From the NCBI GenBank assembly GCA_947476895.1, contig CANJRX010000001.1, positions 184,865-248,864 on the forward strand: 64,000 nt of DNA, written 5' to 3'. This DNA is from Fidelibacterota bacterium. Lineage in GTDB: Bacteria; Pseudomonadota; Alphaproteobacteria; Rhodospirillales; Rhodospirillaceae. Positions 19,395-32,386 of the stretch are shown one piece after another. The notes under the pieces are model-generated. The model did not search any database and was not told the origin of the DNA. It worked only from the letters and a program-made list of their open reading frames with translations. Both the position numbers and the translations under genes were made by a program. The first letter of the stretch is position 1; every line of letters starts with the position of its first letter.

Positions 19395-19447
19395 AATTGG
19401 GGTCAGAGTAAATTATCTAATTTTACTCTGACCCCAATTTGTTTTTG
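19395..19447 (+). terminator. Intrinsic terminator-like hairpin
   Basis: Perfect 18-bp stem AATTGGGGTCAGAGTAAA / TTTACTCTGACCCCAATT with a 9-nt loop, followed by TTGTTTTT. It begins 6 nt after the ORF stop. Confidence 0.7.
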
Positions 19448-19499
19448 CTGCACTTTATGCTGCAGCAATCCCTGCAGCAAAATTAGCAATTGCAAATAC

Positions 19500-20537
19500 T
19501 TAGCGTGAGGCTGGCAGGAAGCCGATGGTCTTATAGACCTCGGCCAACACCGGTTCGGCGATAGCGTTGGCTTTATCGGCGCCGCGCTTAAGCACTTTGT
19601 CGATTTCGACCGGGTCGCTCATCAGGCGCTTCATCTCGGCGTTGATGGGCCCGAGGACCGAGACCGCGGTTTCCGTGAGCTTCGCCTTGAACTGGGTGAA
19701 CTGCTGGCCGGCCTGCTCAGTCACCGCCTGCTCCAGAGACTGGTCCGTGAGGGCCGCATAGATATTGAGAAGGTTGGCCGCTTCGGCACGGCCCTCCAGC
19801 CCTTCTACCGACTCGGGCAGCGGGTTGGGATCGGTCGTGGCTTTGCGCACCTTGCCGGCGATGGTGTCGGCGTCATCGGTCATGTTGAGGCGTGAGAACT
19901 CGGACGGGTCCGACTTCGACATCTTCTTGGTGCCGTCGCGCAAGGACATCACGCGCATGCCGGGGCCGCGGATGACGGGCTCGGGTAGCGGGAAAAGCTC
20001 GACGCCGAAGTCGCTGTTAAACTTCTGGGCGATGTCGCGGGCCAGCTCCAAGTGCTGCTTCTGGTCTTCGCCCACGGGCACATGGGTCGCTTTGTAGACC
20101 AGAATGTCGGCGGCCATGAGGTTCGGATAGACGTAGAGGCCAGCCGAGGCAGCCTCGCGATTCTTGCCGGCCTTGTCCTTGAACTGGGTCATGCGGTTGA
20201 GCCAACCGAGGCGGGCGACGCAATTGAACACCCAGGCGAGTTGCGCGTGCGCCGGCACGTGGCTTTGCACGAAGAGGGCATTGGCGGCCGGATCGATGCC
20301 GGCGGCAATCATGCCGGCAGCGACTTCGCGTGTACTACAGGTGAGTTCTGCCGGGTCCTGCCAGACTGTGATCGCGTGCAGATCGACGATGCAGAACAGG
20401 CATTCAAAATCCTGCTGCAAGGCGACCCAATTGCGGATCGCGCCGAGATAATTTCCAAGGTGAAGATTACCGGTGGGTTGGATACCGGAAAGAATACGTC
20501 CTTTAGCGGACGCCTGCGGAGTGGACCCGCTGGTCAT
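19500..20537 (-). CDS. trpS: Tryptophan--tRNA ligase
   Basis: Class I motifs: HLGNYLG (HIGH-like) and KMSKS. 345 aa. Confidence 0.95.
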   Translation of the reverse strand: MTSGSTPQASAKGRILSGIQPTGNLHLGNYLGAIRNWVALQQDFECLFCIVDLHAITVWQDPAELTCSTREVAAGMIAAGIDPAANALFVQSHVPAHAQLAWVFNCVARLGWLNRMTQFKDKAGKNREAASAGLYVYPNLMAADILVYKATHVPVGEDQKQHLELARDIAQKFNSDFGVELFPLPEPVIRGPGMRVMSLRDGTKKMSKSDPSEFSRLNMTDDADTIAGKVRKATTDPNPLPESVEGLEGRAEAANLLNIYAALTDQSLEQAVTEQAGQQFTQFKAKLTETAVSVLGPINAEMKRLMSDPVEIDKVLKRGADKANAIAEPVLAEVYKTIGFLPASR

Positions 20538-20638
20538 GGGGGATAATCCCTATATGTGTTGAACGGCGTGATTGGAATCAGCCGTAGCCGGTCCCCTTTG
20601 AACCGACGCGACGGGGATACTCCCGGCCTTAGTGGAGG

Positions 20639-22249
20639 TCAAGCGCGCTTGCGACGGACCGAGTCGAGATCGCTGACTTGGGCTGCACCCAAGACTAATG
20701 CCGCGATGAAGAACGTGAGGCCGCCAGCGCCAATGATTCCGGCGAGTGTTAGAGCGCGCAAGAGTTCGTGGCCGGCGGGCGCGTCGTGCGTGCCGAAGAC
20801 GGGTCCGAGATAAGTTGTCGCGAGGGCGACCGCCCCCACCAGAACGGCGATCATCAATGCCGCTGCGAGCACTGTGCGCGGCAGGCGGCGCTTGAGGCGC
20901 GCGTCGGCCCTTAAGTGACCGCGCTTATGCAGGATGACGGCGAGGATGCCGACATTGATCCAGGAAGAAATCGCGGTGCCGAGCGCAATGCCCACATGGC
21001 CGAAGCGATCCATCAGCGCGAGATTGAGGATGATGTTGATCACCAGTGCGAAAGCCGAAGCTTTGACGGGGGTTTTAGTATCGTGACGGCCGAAGAAACC
21101 CGGCGTCAGGGTTTTGTTGAGGACATAAGCCGGCAAGCCTAACGAGAACGCGAACAACGCCGCCGCCACGGCTTCACGGTCGGACGGTGTAAACGCGCCG
21201 CGTTCAAAGAGCGTTGCGGTGATGGGGCCAGCTAAAGCGGCGATGCCGGCCGCGGCTGGGATTGTTAGAAGAAGACTTATCTCGATAGCGCGGTTCTGAT
21301 TGGCCATGGCGGCCTCTTCGTTGCCCGACTGAATCTGGCGGGTGAGCAGCGGCAGCAAGGCCACGCCCACGGCAACGCCGATCACACCAACAGGCAACAG
21401 GTTCACGCGGTCGGCATAGTAAAGCCACGACACCGCGCCCTCTTCCACCAGGGACGCGATGCTGCGGTTGATGACAACGTTCAGCTGATAGACGCCCGCG
21501 CCAAAGGCCACGGGGACCATGCGCAACATCAGCTGCTTTACTTCAGGCGTGAGATGCGGCTTCACCAGCTTGAAGCGCATGCCGATACGTCGGCAATCAA
21601 TGGCGAGCCAAATGAACTGCAATATTCCGGCGAGGAACACGCCCCATGCGAGAAACACCGCGCGGCCTTGTTCGGTTTCGGACGCGCCAACGCCGGCCAG
21701 TAACGCTGCAATTAATGTGAGATTCAAAAGGATGGGTGCTGCGGCCGCCACGGCGAAACGGTTCATGGCATTGAGCACGCCCGATTGTAGCGAGGTCAGC
21801 GAGACAAACAGCAAGTATGGAAAAGCGATACGGGCGAGTTCGGTGATATCCGCAAGCTGCTCGGGCTGGTCGGCGTAGCCGGGCGCCATGACATAGATCA
21901 CTAGCGGCATGGCAATGATCATCACAATGCTGAAGAAGAGCAGCACGACACCCAGCACCGCAAAGGCGTCGTCGGCGAATTGTTTGGCTTTGCTTTGGCC
22001 TTCGCGTTCCAGGATCTGGGCGAAGATCGGCACAAAGGCTGCCGAGAACGCGCCTTCGGCGAACAAACTGCGGAACAGGTTGGGGAACGAGAATGCGATG
22101 ACGAAAGCGTCCGCGGTGGCGCCCGCGCCAATGAAGGTTGCCTGCAACACGTCGCGCGCAAAGCCGGTCACGCGGCTTAATAGCGTATAGCCGCCCACTG
22201 TTGTGACAGCGCGGAATAAAGACGGCGCGGGGTGCGGAGCCTGCGGCAT
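20639..22249 (-). CDS. murJ: Lipid II flippase MurJ (MviN)
   Basis: 536-aa polytopic protein. N-terminus ...TLLSRVTGFARDVLQATFIGAGATADAF is typical of MurJ. Confidence 0.9.
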   Translation of the reverse strand: MPQAPHPAPSLFRAVTTVGGYTLLSRVTGFARDVLQATFIGAGATADAFVIAFSFPNLFRSLFAEGAFSAAFVPIFAQILEREGQSKAKQFADDAFAVLGVVLLFFSIVMIIAMPLVIYVMAPGYADQPEQLADITELARIAFPYLLFVSLTSLQSGVLNAMNRFAVAAAAPILLNLTLIAALLAGVGASETEQGRAVFLAWGVFLAGILQFIWLAIDCRRIGMRFKLVKPHLTPEVKQLMLRMVPVAFGAGVYQLNVVINRSIASLVEEGAVSWLYYADRVNLLPVGVIGVAVGVALLPLLTRQIQSGNEEAAMANQNRAIEISLLLTIPAAAGIAALAGPITATLFERGAFTPSDREAVAAALFAFSLGLPAYVLNKTLTPGFFGRHDTKTPVKASAFALVINIILNLALMDRFGHVGIALGTAISSWINVGILAVILHKRGHLRADARLKRRLPRTVLAAALMIAVLVGAVALATTYLGPVFGTHDAPAGHELLRALTLAGIIGAGGLTFFIAALVLGAAQVSDLDSVRRKRA

Positions 22250-22266
22250 GGATATTGTTATAAGGC

Positions 22267-25056
22267 TTATTCTGCTGCGCTGGAGCGGGGTTTTTTGCGC
22301 CGCTCGCCGCGGGTGACTTCTACGGTGTCGACCTTCACGCCAATAGCCTTGCCGAGACCGTCGCGGATTTGGCGGATCTTAGTCTCATTTTCGATTTTCA
22401 TGCCGAAGACATCTTTGACGTAGAACACGTCCACCACGCGCTCGCCGTAGGTCGAGATATGAGCCGAGAAGATCTGAAGCCCCAAATCGGTGATGGCTTT
22501 GGTGACGTCGGACAGGAAACCAGGCCGGTCGTGGCCGTTGACTTCGACGACGCTGCAGACTTTGGACGCGCTGTTGTCGATGATGACGCGGGGCGGCACT
22601 TCCAAGGCGCTGACGCGGGTCGGCAACCGCGAGCCGGCTTTGGGCAGTTCCTGGTTCAGGCGCAAGCGCCCTTCGAGAGCCGCGACAATGCGCGTCTTGA
22701 TCCGGGCGAAGCGGTTGTCCGAGATGGCGTGGCCTTCGAAATCCTGGAGCGAGAAGGTATCAAGCGCCATGCTGTTGGAGAGCGTAAGGATGTTGGCGTC
22801 GACCACCGATACGCCGGCCAACGCCAGTGCGCCTGTGATCTTGGCGAACAAGCCGGGATGGTCGGGCGTATAGATCACCATGTGCGTGACGTCGCGGTAG
22901 CTGTCGATGGTGAAATCGACGGCGATATGTTCGCCGACTTCCTCCGCCGCCCGCATGAAGTGCGCCAGGCGTTCGTGGGTGTCGGTATCGTTGGAAAGCC
23001 AGAAGGCCGGTGAAGCGAGGCCCAAAATATTCTCGCGCATTTTCTCGGGCCAGCCGCCCAAGCGTTCGGCCAGGGCCGCTTTTGAGGCATTGATGCGCTT
23101 GTCGATGCCGGCGGCGGCTTGGCCGCCCCGGATAAAGTGGTCGGTGCGGTGATAAAGATCGCGCAGCAACGTCGCTTTCCAGTTGTTCCAGACGGCCGGA
23201 CCTACAGCGCGAATATCGGCGCAGGTCAGAATCAACAAGAGCTTCAGCCGCTCCGGCGACTGCACGACTTCGCAGAACTTGTTGATGGTCTGGGGATCGT
23301 CGAGATCGCGCTTGAAAGCCGTGTTGCTCATCAACAGGTGATGGCGCACCAGCCAGCTCACGGTTTCGGTTTCCTCGGCGGTCAGACCCAGGCGCGGACA
23401 CAGCTCAGTCGCCACATCGGCGCCGAGGTTCGAATGATCGCCGCCACGGCCTTTGGCGATGTCGTGCAGCAATACCGATACATACAACGCGCGGCGCGAT
23501 TGAACTTTTTCGACGACTTCTGAGGCCACCGGCAGCTCTTCCTTGAGCTTGCCCTGTTCGATGCGATGCAAGATGCCGATGGCCCGGATGGTGTGCTCGT
23601 CGGTGGTATAGACGTGGTACATGTCGTACTGCATCTGCGCGACGACACGCCCGAAGTCCGGCATGAAGCGCCCGAACACACCGCACTCGCTCATGAGCCG
23701 TAGCGTTGCTTCGGGCCCCTTGGTCGAGGTGAGAATATCCATAAACACGCTATTGGCTTCCGGATCGCGCCGCAGGGTCGAGACGCGCCGCGCATGGCGC
23801 GAAATGATGCGCAAGGCTGTCGGCTGAAAGTCGAGACCGTGGGTGAGCGCCGTCAGGAAGATGCTGAGGAGTTTCACCGGCTCGCGGATGAAAACGCCGC
23901 CGTCTTTCACGCCAATACGCCCGCCTTCAACAAGGAAGCCGTCGATCACTTTGCGGCGCACCGGCATGCGGAAGATGGATTTCTTTTTCTCGGTGCCGCT
24001 TTCTTCCAGCAGCGTGCAGAAGATGCGCGTGAGATCGCCCACATCGCGCGCCACCAGGAAGTAGTGCTTCATAAAACGTTCAACGGCCGTAGCGCCCGCG
24101 CGGTCCACATAGCCCAGGCGCGGTGCGATTTGGCGCTGTAAATCAAAGGTCAAACGGTTGTCGACGCGGCCTGTGATGTAATGGATGTGACAACGCACCG
24201 TGCACAAAAAGTCGTGAGCTTTGATGAAGCGGGCGGCGGCTTCGTCGTCGATCACGCCTTGATCGGCCAGCTTGCGCACGTCCGAGACGCCGTAAAGATA
24301 TTTGGCGATCCAAAATAATGTATGCAGGTCGCGCAAGCCGCCTTTGTCTTCTTTGACGTTGGGCTCGAGGCGATAACGAGAATCACCGAGCTTGGAATGA
24401 CGGTCATCGCGCTCGGTGAGCTTGGCCTGCACAAATTGCGTCGCCGTGCCTTTGACGATTTCTTTTTTGAAGCGCGTGATCAGCTCCGCCGCCAGCTCCT
24501 GATCGCCCCAGATCCAGCGCGCATCAAGCAACGTCGTGCGGATGGTCATATCGTTTTTGGCGTGGGTGATATTCTCGTTCACCGAACGCACAGCGTGGCC
24601 GACTTTGATGCCCAAATCCCACAGCATGTAGAGCATGAACTCTACCAGCTGTTCCGAGAACGGCGTCGGCTTGTAGGGTAGCAAAAACAGCAGATCGACA
24701 TCTGACAGCGGCGCCAGTTCGCCGCGGCCGTAGCCACCGATGGCCACGATGCTGACGCGCTCGCCTGTGGTCGGTACGCCACGGCGCACAAAGTGTGCTG
24801 TGGCGGCGTCGAATAGAATGCGGATCACTTGATCCATCAAATAACTATGGGCGCTGACCGTATCGTCGCCGCTGGCGCGGCCATTTTCAAAACGTTCCTG
24901 GATGACGGCAAAGCCCGCCTTGTAAGCGCCCTTGATGCCTTCCAGCAGGTGATTGCGTTTATCGGAGTCGGCCTGGTCTTCGATGTTGAGCGCGTCCAGC
25001 GCCGCAGCGATCTGGCGGCGGTCGATAATTTGACGAGGCTGGAAAATGGCGTTCAA
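22267..25056 (-). CDS. glnD: [Protein-PII] uridylyltransferase / uridylyl-removing enzyme
   Basis: 929 aa with a nucleotidyltransferase region (GGYGRGELAPLSDVDLLFL), an HD domain (LLHDIAKG) and two C-terminal ACT domains. TTG start is uncertain. Confidence 0.9.
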   Translation of the reverse strand: MNAIFQPRQIIDRRQIAAALDALNIEDQADSDKRNHLLEGIKGAYKAGFAVIQERFENGRASGDDTVSAHSYLMDQVIRILFDAATAHFVRRGVPTTGERVSIVAIGGYGRGELAPLSDVDLLFLLPYKPTPFSEQLVEFMLYMLWDLGIKVGHAVRSVNENITHAKNDMTIRTTLLDARWIWGDQELAAELITRFKKEIVKGTATQFVQAKLTERDDRHSKLGDSRYRLEPNVKEDKGGLRDLHTLFWIAKYLYGVSDVRKLADQGVIDDEAAARFIKAHDFLCTVRCHIHYITGRVDNRLTFDLQRQIAPRLGYVDRAGATAVERFMKHYFLVARDVGDLTRIFCTLLEESGTEKKKSIFRMPVRRKVIDGFLVEGGRIGVKDGGVFIREPVKLLSIFLTALTHGLDFQPTALRIISRHARRVSTLRRDPEANSVFMDILTSTKGPEATLRLMSECGVFGRFMPDFGRVVAQMQYDMYHVYTTDEHTIRAIGILHRIEQGKLKEELPVASEVVEKVQSRRALYVSVLLHDIAKGRGGDHSNLGADVATELCPRLGLTAEETETVSWLVRHHLLMSNTAFKRDLDDPQTINKFCEVVQSPERLKLLLILTCADIRAVGPAVWNNWKATLLRDLYHRTDHFIRGGQAAAGIDKRINASKAALAERLGGWPEKMRENILGLASPAFWLSNDTDTHERLAHFMRAAEEVGEHIAVDFTIDSYRDVTHMVIYTPDHPGLFAKITGALALAGVSVVDANILTLSNSMALDTFSLQDFEGHAISDNRFARIKTRIVAALEGRLRLNQELPKAGSRLPTRVSALEVPPRVIIDNSASKVCSVVEVNGHDRPGFLSDVTKAITDLGLQIFSAHISTYGERVVDVFYVKDVFGMKIENETKIRQIRDGLGKAIGVKVDTVEVTRGERRKKPRSSAAE

Positions 25057-25067
25057 ACGAAATGGTC

Positions 25068-25475
25068 CTAACGAACTTTAAAACCCTGTTCCCGAGCTTG
25101 ATCATCGGGAACGTGGATGACGCGTTCTTTCACAGGCTGGGTGATAACGCCGGGTTTTTTATCAAGGGGTGGCTGCGGGATCGAGGCCGAAGTCTGCATA
25201 TTGGCTTTGGCAAGGTTCTCAATAGCGAAGCGCGATTTAACCCGCGCGCTGACGACCGCCAGCAGTTCCAGAATTTTGGCCTGGCCGGCGAAAATCAAAG
25301 CCACCAAGAACGCCGCGACCGCGCCGGCCATGGCATAGGTTTCGTTGAGCCACTCGTAGTCCGAGAAGGCGAGCATCAAGAAGACCACGCTGCCGATAAG
25401 GCACAATATCCCCATGCCCGAGAGAATACGGGCGAGCGCCGGGATGTTGGGTTTGTCGGGATCGATCTCGAACAT
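25068..25475 (-). CDS. Small two-TM membrane protein, hypothetical
   Basis: ATG at 25475 preceded by GGAGGAG at the right spacing. Two hydrophobic helices. Located between mutS and glnD on the same strand. Confidence 0.5.
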   Translation of the reverse strand: MFEIDPDKPNIPALARILSGMGILCLIGSVVFLMLAFSDYEWLNETYAMAGAVAAFLVALIFAGQAKILELLAVVSARVKSRFAIENLAKANMQTSASIPQPPLDKKPGVITQPVKERVIHVPDDQAREQGFKVR

Positions 25476-25576
25476 GCGGATTCTCCTCCGGCCCACATAA
25501 GGCCCATGCGCTCCCACCGCTATCGCGCAGTATAGCAGATTTTCGTGAGACTTTACCGGGACTTATCGCCGGCGCT

Positions 25577-28357
<2,781 letters not shown>

Positions 28358-28618
28358 GAAAATTTACTTCCGGTGAGGTCAAAATCGTCCGCAGACTATA
28401 CCACCCGCGCTTCCGGAGGGAGGGGGAGACGGAGCGATCCCCCGTCCGCGGTAGAGTTGTGGAAAAGCTTGTGAAAGTTCAGTAATTTCAGTGGCCGAGT
28501 GCTATGCAGTCGGCCGGACAATGCTGCATAATGGGAGTTGCGCGCATTGTCTTTCTGTAATGCCGAGGCCGCCTCGCCAGATTTGGCCGGGCGCGTTAGG
28601 GGGAGTTAGGCAGGTATC

Positions 28619-30976
28619 ATGAATAAGATCGAAAACGGTAAGCCGGAATCTAAGAACGCCGATTCCAAGGCCGACGGCAAAAAGGGTGCGCGCCCCGCGG
28701 CGCGCCGGAATTTCGACCAGGAAGCGCTGCTGTTCCATTCGCAAGGCCGCCCGGGGAAAATCGAGATTACCCCGACCAAGCCGCTGACCACCCAGCACGA
28801 CCTGTCGCTGGCCTATTCGCCGGGCGTGGCCGCCCCCTGCCTTGAGATCGCGCGCGATCCCGACACGGCCTACGACTACACCAGCAAAGGCAACCTCGTG
28901 GCCGTGATCTCGAACGGCACCGCCGTTCTGGGTTTGGGCGACCTGGGCGCTTTGGCCAGCAAGCCGGTCATGGAAGGCAAAGCCGTTCTGTTCAAGCGCT
29001 TTGCCGATGTCGACAGTATCGATCTGGAAGTCGACACCAAGGACGTCGAAGAATTCATCAATGCCGTGAGATTCCTGGGCCCCAGCTTCGGCGGCATCAA
29101 CCTGGAAGACATCAAGGCGCCTGAGTGCTTTGTCATCGAAAGCCGCTTGCGCGAGATGATGGACATTCCGGTGTTCCACGACGATCAGCACGGCACGGCC
29201 ATTATTTGCGCTGCCGGCCTGATCAATGCCTGCGACCTCACGGGCCGTAAAATGTCCGATCTCAAAGTCGTGCTGAACGGCGCGGGCGCTGCGGCCATTT
29301 CCTGCGTTGAGTTGGCCAAGGCTTTGGGCGTGCGGTCTGAGAACGTGATCATGGCCGATTCAAAGGGCGTGATTTACCGCGGCCGTACCGAAGGCATGAA
29401 CCAGTGGAAGTCGGCGCACGCCGTTGAGACCAAGGCGCGCACTTTGGCCGAGGCGCTTGAAGGCGCCGATGCTTTCCTGGGCCTGTCTGTCAAAGGCGCT
29501 GTGACGCCTGCGATGGTCAAAGGCATGGCCAAGAACCCGATCATTTTCGCCATGGCCAATCCGGACCCGGAAATCACCCCGGAGGAAGTGGCCGAAGTTC
29601 GCGACGACGCCATTATGGCAACGGGTCGGTCCGACTATCCGAACCAAGTCAACAACGTGCTGGGTTTCCCCTTCATCTTCCGCGGGGCGCTTGATGTGCG
29701 CGCACGCACCATCAACGAAGAGATGAAGCTGGCCGCCGCACGGGCGCTTGCGAACCTCGCCCGTGAAAACGTGCCTGATGAAGTGGCCGCCGCCTATGCC
29801 GGCCGCCGCCTGCGCTATGGCCGCGAATACATCATTCCGGTGCCTTTCGATCCGCGCCTGATTTCAACTGTGCCGCCGGCCGTTGCCCAGGCTGCCATGG
29901 ACTCAGGCGTTGCCCGCAAGCCCATCACCGACATGGGCGCCTATCGCCGTCAGCTGGCCGCACGCCGCGATCCGACGGTTGCCACCTTGCAGTCTATCGC
30001 TGCCGAAGTGTCGCGCTCGCCCAAGACCGTGGTGTTTGCGGAAGGCGAAGAAGAACGCTCGATCCGCGCTGCCATCGCCTATCGCAATTCCGGTTACGGC
30101 AAAGCCGTGCTGGTCGCACGCCGCCGCAAGGTCGAGCAGATGCTGGTGGAATTGAATATCCGCCCCGAAGACTTGGAAGGCATCACCGTCACCAACGCGC
30201 GGGAAGCGGCCGAACTCGAGACCTATGCTGACTATCTCTACAAGCGCCTGCAACGTCAGGGCCATCTGCAACGCGATTGCGAGCGCATGGTGAGCCAGGA
30301 CCGCAACGTATTTGCGGCGTGCATGGTCGCCCACGGTCACGCTGATACGATGGTCACAGGCCTGACGCGCAACTATCACTCGGCCCTGACCGATGTGCGC
30401 CGCGTGATCGATAAGCAGACCAAAGAAGTCATCTTCGGCCTGACCATGGTGGTTGTGCGCGGCCGTACGCTGTTCATCGCCGATACGGCCGTACACGAAC
30501 GCCCCTCGCCCGAAGAAGTAGCTCAAATCGCCATTGCCAGCGCCGCCGCCGTGCGCCGCTTGGGCTATGAGCCGAAGGTCGCGCTGTTGTCCTATTCCAA
30601 CTTCGGTAACCCGCCGGGCATCGTGGCCGGCGTGATGCGCGAAGCCAAACGACTTTTGGACGTCGCCGCCAGCGATAACGTCATCGACTTTGAATTCGAC
30701 GGCGAAATGGGCGTCGATGTGGCGCTTGATGCAGACCGCACGATTTATCCGTTCTGCAAGCTGACCGGCCCCGCCAACGTTCTGGTGATGCCGGGCCTGC
30801 ATGCCGCCAACATTTCGACCCGGCTGGTGCAGCGTTTCGGTGCTGCCACCACCATCGGGCCGATGCTGATGGGCCTGGTGAAACCGGTGCAGATTGTCAG
30901 CATGGACGCGAGCGTGTCGGACCTTGTACAGATGGCCTTGATGGCAGCTCACGCCAGCTCACCAAAACTACTGTAA
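28619..30976 (+). CDS. maeB: NADP-dependent malic enzyme with C-terminal phosphotransacetylase-like domain
   Basis: 785 aa. Malic enzyme N-terminal and NAD-binding domains (LSLAYSPGVA..., VLNGAGAAAISC) plus a PTA-like C-terminal half. Confidence 0.9.
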   Translation: MNKIENGKPESKNADSKADGKKGARPAARRNFDQEALLFHSQGRPGKIEITPTKPLTTQHDLSLAYSPGVAAPCLEIARDPDTAYDYTSKGNLVAVISNGTAVLGLGDLGALASKPVMEGKAVLFKRFADVDSIDLEVDTKDVEEFINAVRFLGPSFGGINLEDIKAPECFVIESRLREMMDIPVFHDDQHGTAIICAAGLINACDLTGRKMSDLKVVLNGAGAAAISCVELAKALGVRSENVIMADSKGVIYRGRTEGMNQWKSAHAVETKARTLAEALEGADAFLGLSVKGAVTPAMVKGMAKNPIIFAMANPDPEITPEEVAEVRDDAIMATGRSDYPNQVNNVLGFPFIFRGALDVRARTINEEMKLAAARALANLARENVPDEVAAAYAGRRLRYGREYIIPVPFDPRLISTVPPAVAQAAMDSGVARKPITDMGAYRRQLAARRDPTVATLQSIAAEVSRSPKTVVFAEGEEERSIRAAIAYRNSGYGKAVLVARRRKVEQMLVELNIRPEDLEGITVTNAREAAELETYADYLYKRLQRQGHLQRDCERMVSQDRNVFAACMVAHGHADTMVTGLTRNYHSALTDVRRVIDKQTKEVIFGLTMVVVRGRTLFIADTAVHERPSPEEVAQIAIASAAAVRRLGYEPKVALLSYSNFGNPPGIVAGVMREAKRLLDVAASDNVIDFEFDGEMGVDVALDADRTIYPFCKLTGPANVLVMPGLHAANISTRLVQRFGAATTIGPMLMGLVKPVQIVSMDASVSDLVQMALMAAHASSPKLL

Positions 30977-30985
30977 CGGAGATCA

Positions 30986-32386
30986 ATGGCACAGCTCTCG
31001 CCCGCTTCCCTGCGCCGGTTGGCTGCTTGGGCGGTGGGACCGTGCCTGCCGGCCTGGGCTGTACTGCTCGGGCTGGCGCTCGTCGACCGCCTTGGTTGGA
31101 TCACCGCGCTTGTTTGCTGCGCCATTGTTTTTGTGTTGATGGCGGTGCTGGTGCTGACGCGCCTCGCCGACTTCGACCGCATCATCCGCTATGCCGAAGA
31201 ACTGCTGGCCAATCCCGACGCGCCTTCACCCTTGTTGCATACGTCGGCGACGGCCCAGAGGTTACTGAGTGGCCTCACGGCCTTGCGCAAACTGTGGGCC
31301 GACCGCCGCGACGAAGCCGATGCGCTCGCCAAATCCCGTCAGGACATCCTCGATAGCTTGCCTGATCCCTTTTTCCTGTTGGATCGCCGCCGCCGCGTGG
31401 TCAGCGCCAATGCGGCCGCGCGCGCTTTGTTCGAACTGGAACGGGGCCTCACGGGCCGCGATTTGGCCGGCGTCATCCGTGATCCCAAAGTGTTGGAAGC
31501 CGCAGATGTTGCCTTGGCCCAGAACCGCAAGACCGAAGCTCAGTTCACACTGCCCGCACCCGTCGAGCACACCTTCGGTGCGTTAATCGTACCTTTAAGC
31601 GCTACCGCTCAGGACGGTACGGCTTTGATCGTCGCGCTGCACGACCAGACCGAGCGCCTGAAAATGGACCGCATGCGCGCGGACTTTGTCGCCAATGCAA
31701 GCCATGAACTGCGTACACCTTTGGCCAGCGTGTTGGGTTTCATCGAGACCTTGCAAGGCCCCGCCAAAGACGACGCCGAAGCGCGCGAGAAATTCCTGGA
31801 AATTATGTTGAAGCAAGCCAACCGCATGACGCGGTTGATCGACGATCTGCTTTCTTTATCACGCATTGAACTGCGCGAGCACACACGCCCCACGGAAGCC
31901 GTCGATATGGGCGGCTTGCTGCAAAACACCGTCGAGCTTCTGGATCGTCAGATCAAAGAGCGCCGCGTGACGCTGGCTTACAACGTGGCGTCTGGTTTGC
32001 CGGCCGTGCTGGGCGACGCCAACGAATTGAGCCAGGTGTTTCACAACCTGATCATTAACGCCGTTAAATACGGCGGCGAACAAGGCCGTGTGGATGTGAC
32101 GGCTGAGATGTCCGACACGCGCCCACCGTCTATGCCGGGCCGGGGTCCGTGTTTGAAAATCTCTGTACGCGATTACGGCGAAGGCATTGCGCGTGAACAT
32201 ATCCCGCGCCTGACGGAGCGGTTCTACCGCGTCGATAACGCGCGTTCACGCGAGTTGGGCGGGACGGGCCTGGGCCTCGCGATTGTAAAACACATCACCA
32301 ACCGCCATCGCGGCGCGCTGGTGGTCGATAGCGATGTTGGTAAGGGTGCGACGTTCACGGTCTATCTGCCGGCAGTCGCGACCTAA
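30986..32386 (+). CDS. PAS-domain sensor histidine kinase, PhoR-like
   Basis: N-terminal TM segments and a PAS region. H-box FVANASHELRTPL. HATPase_c motifs (GTGLGLAIVKH). Confidence 0.75.
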   Translation: MAQLSPASLRRLAAWAVGPCLPAWAVLLGLALVDRLGWITALVCCAIVFVLMAVLVLTRLADFDRIIRYAEELLANPDAPSPLLHTSATAQRLLSGLTALRKLWADRRDEADALAKSRQDILDSLPDPFFLLDRRRRVVSANAAARALFELERGLTGRDLAGVIRDPKVLEAADVALAQNRKTEAQFTLPAPVEHTFGALIVPLSATAQDGTALIVALHDQTERLKMDRMRADFVANASHELRTPLASVLGFIETLQGPAKDDAEAREKFLEIMLKQANRMTRLIDDLLSLSRIELREHTRPTEAVDMGGLLQNTVELLDRQIKERRVTLAYNVASGLPAVLGDANELSQVFHNLIINAVKYGGEQGRVDVTAEMSDTRPPSMPGRGPCLKISVRDYGEGIAREHIPRLTERFYRVDNARSRELGGTGLGLAIVKHITNRHRGALVVDSDVGKGATFTVYLPAVAT

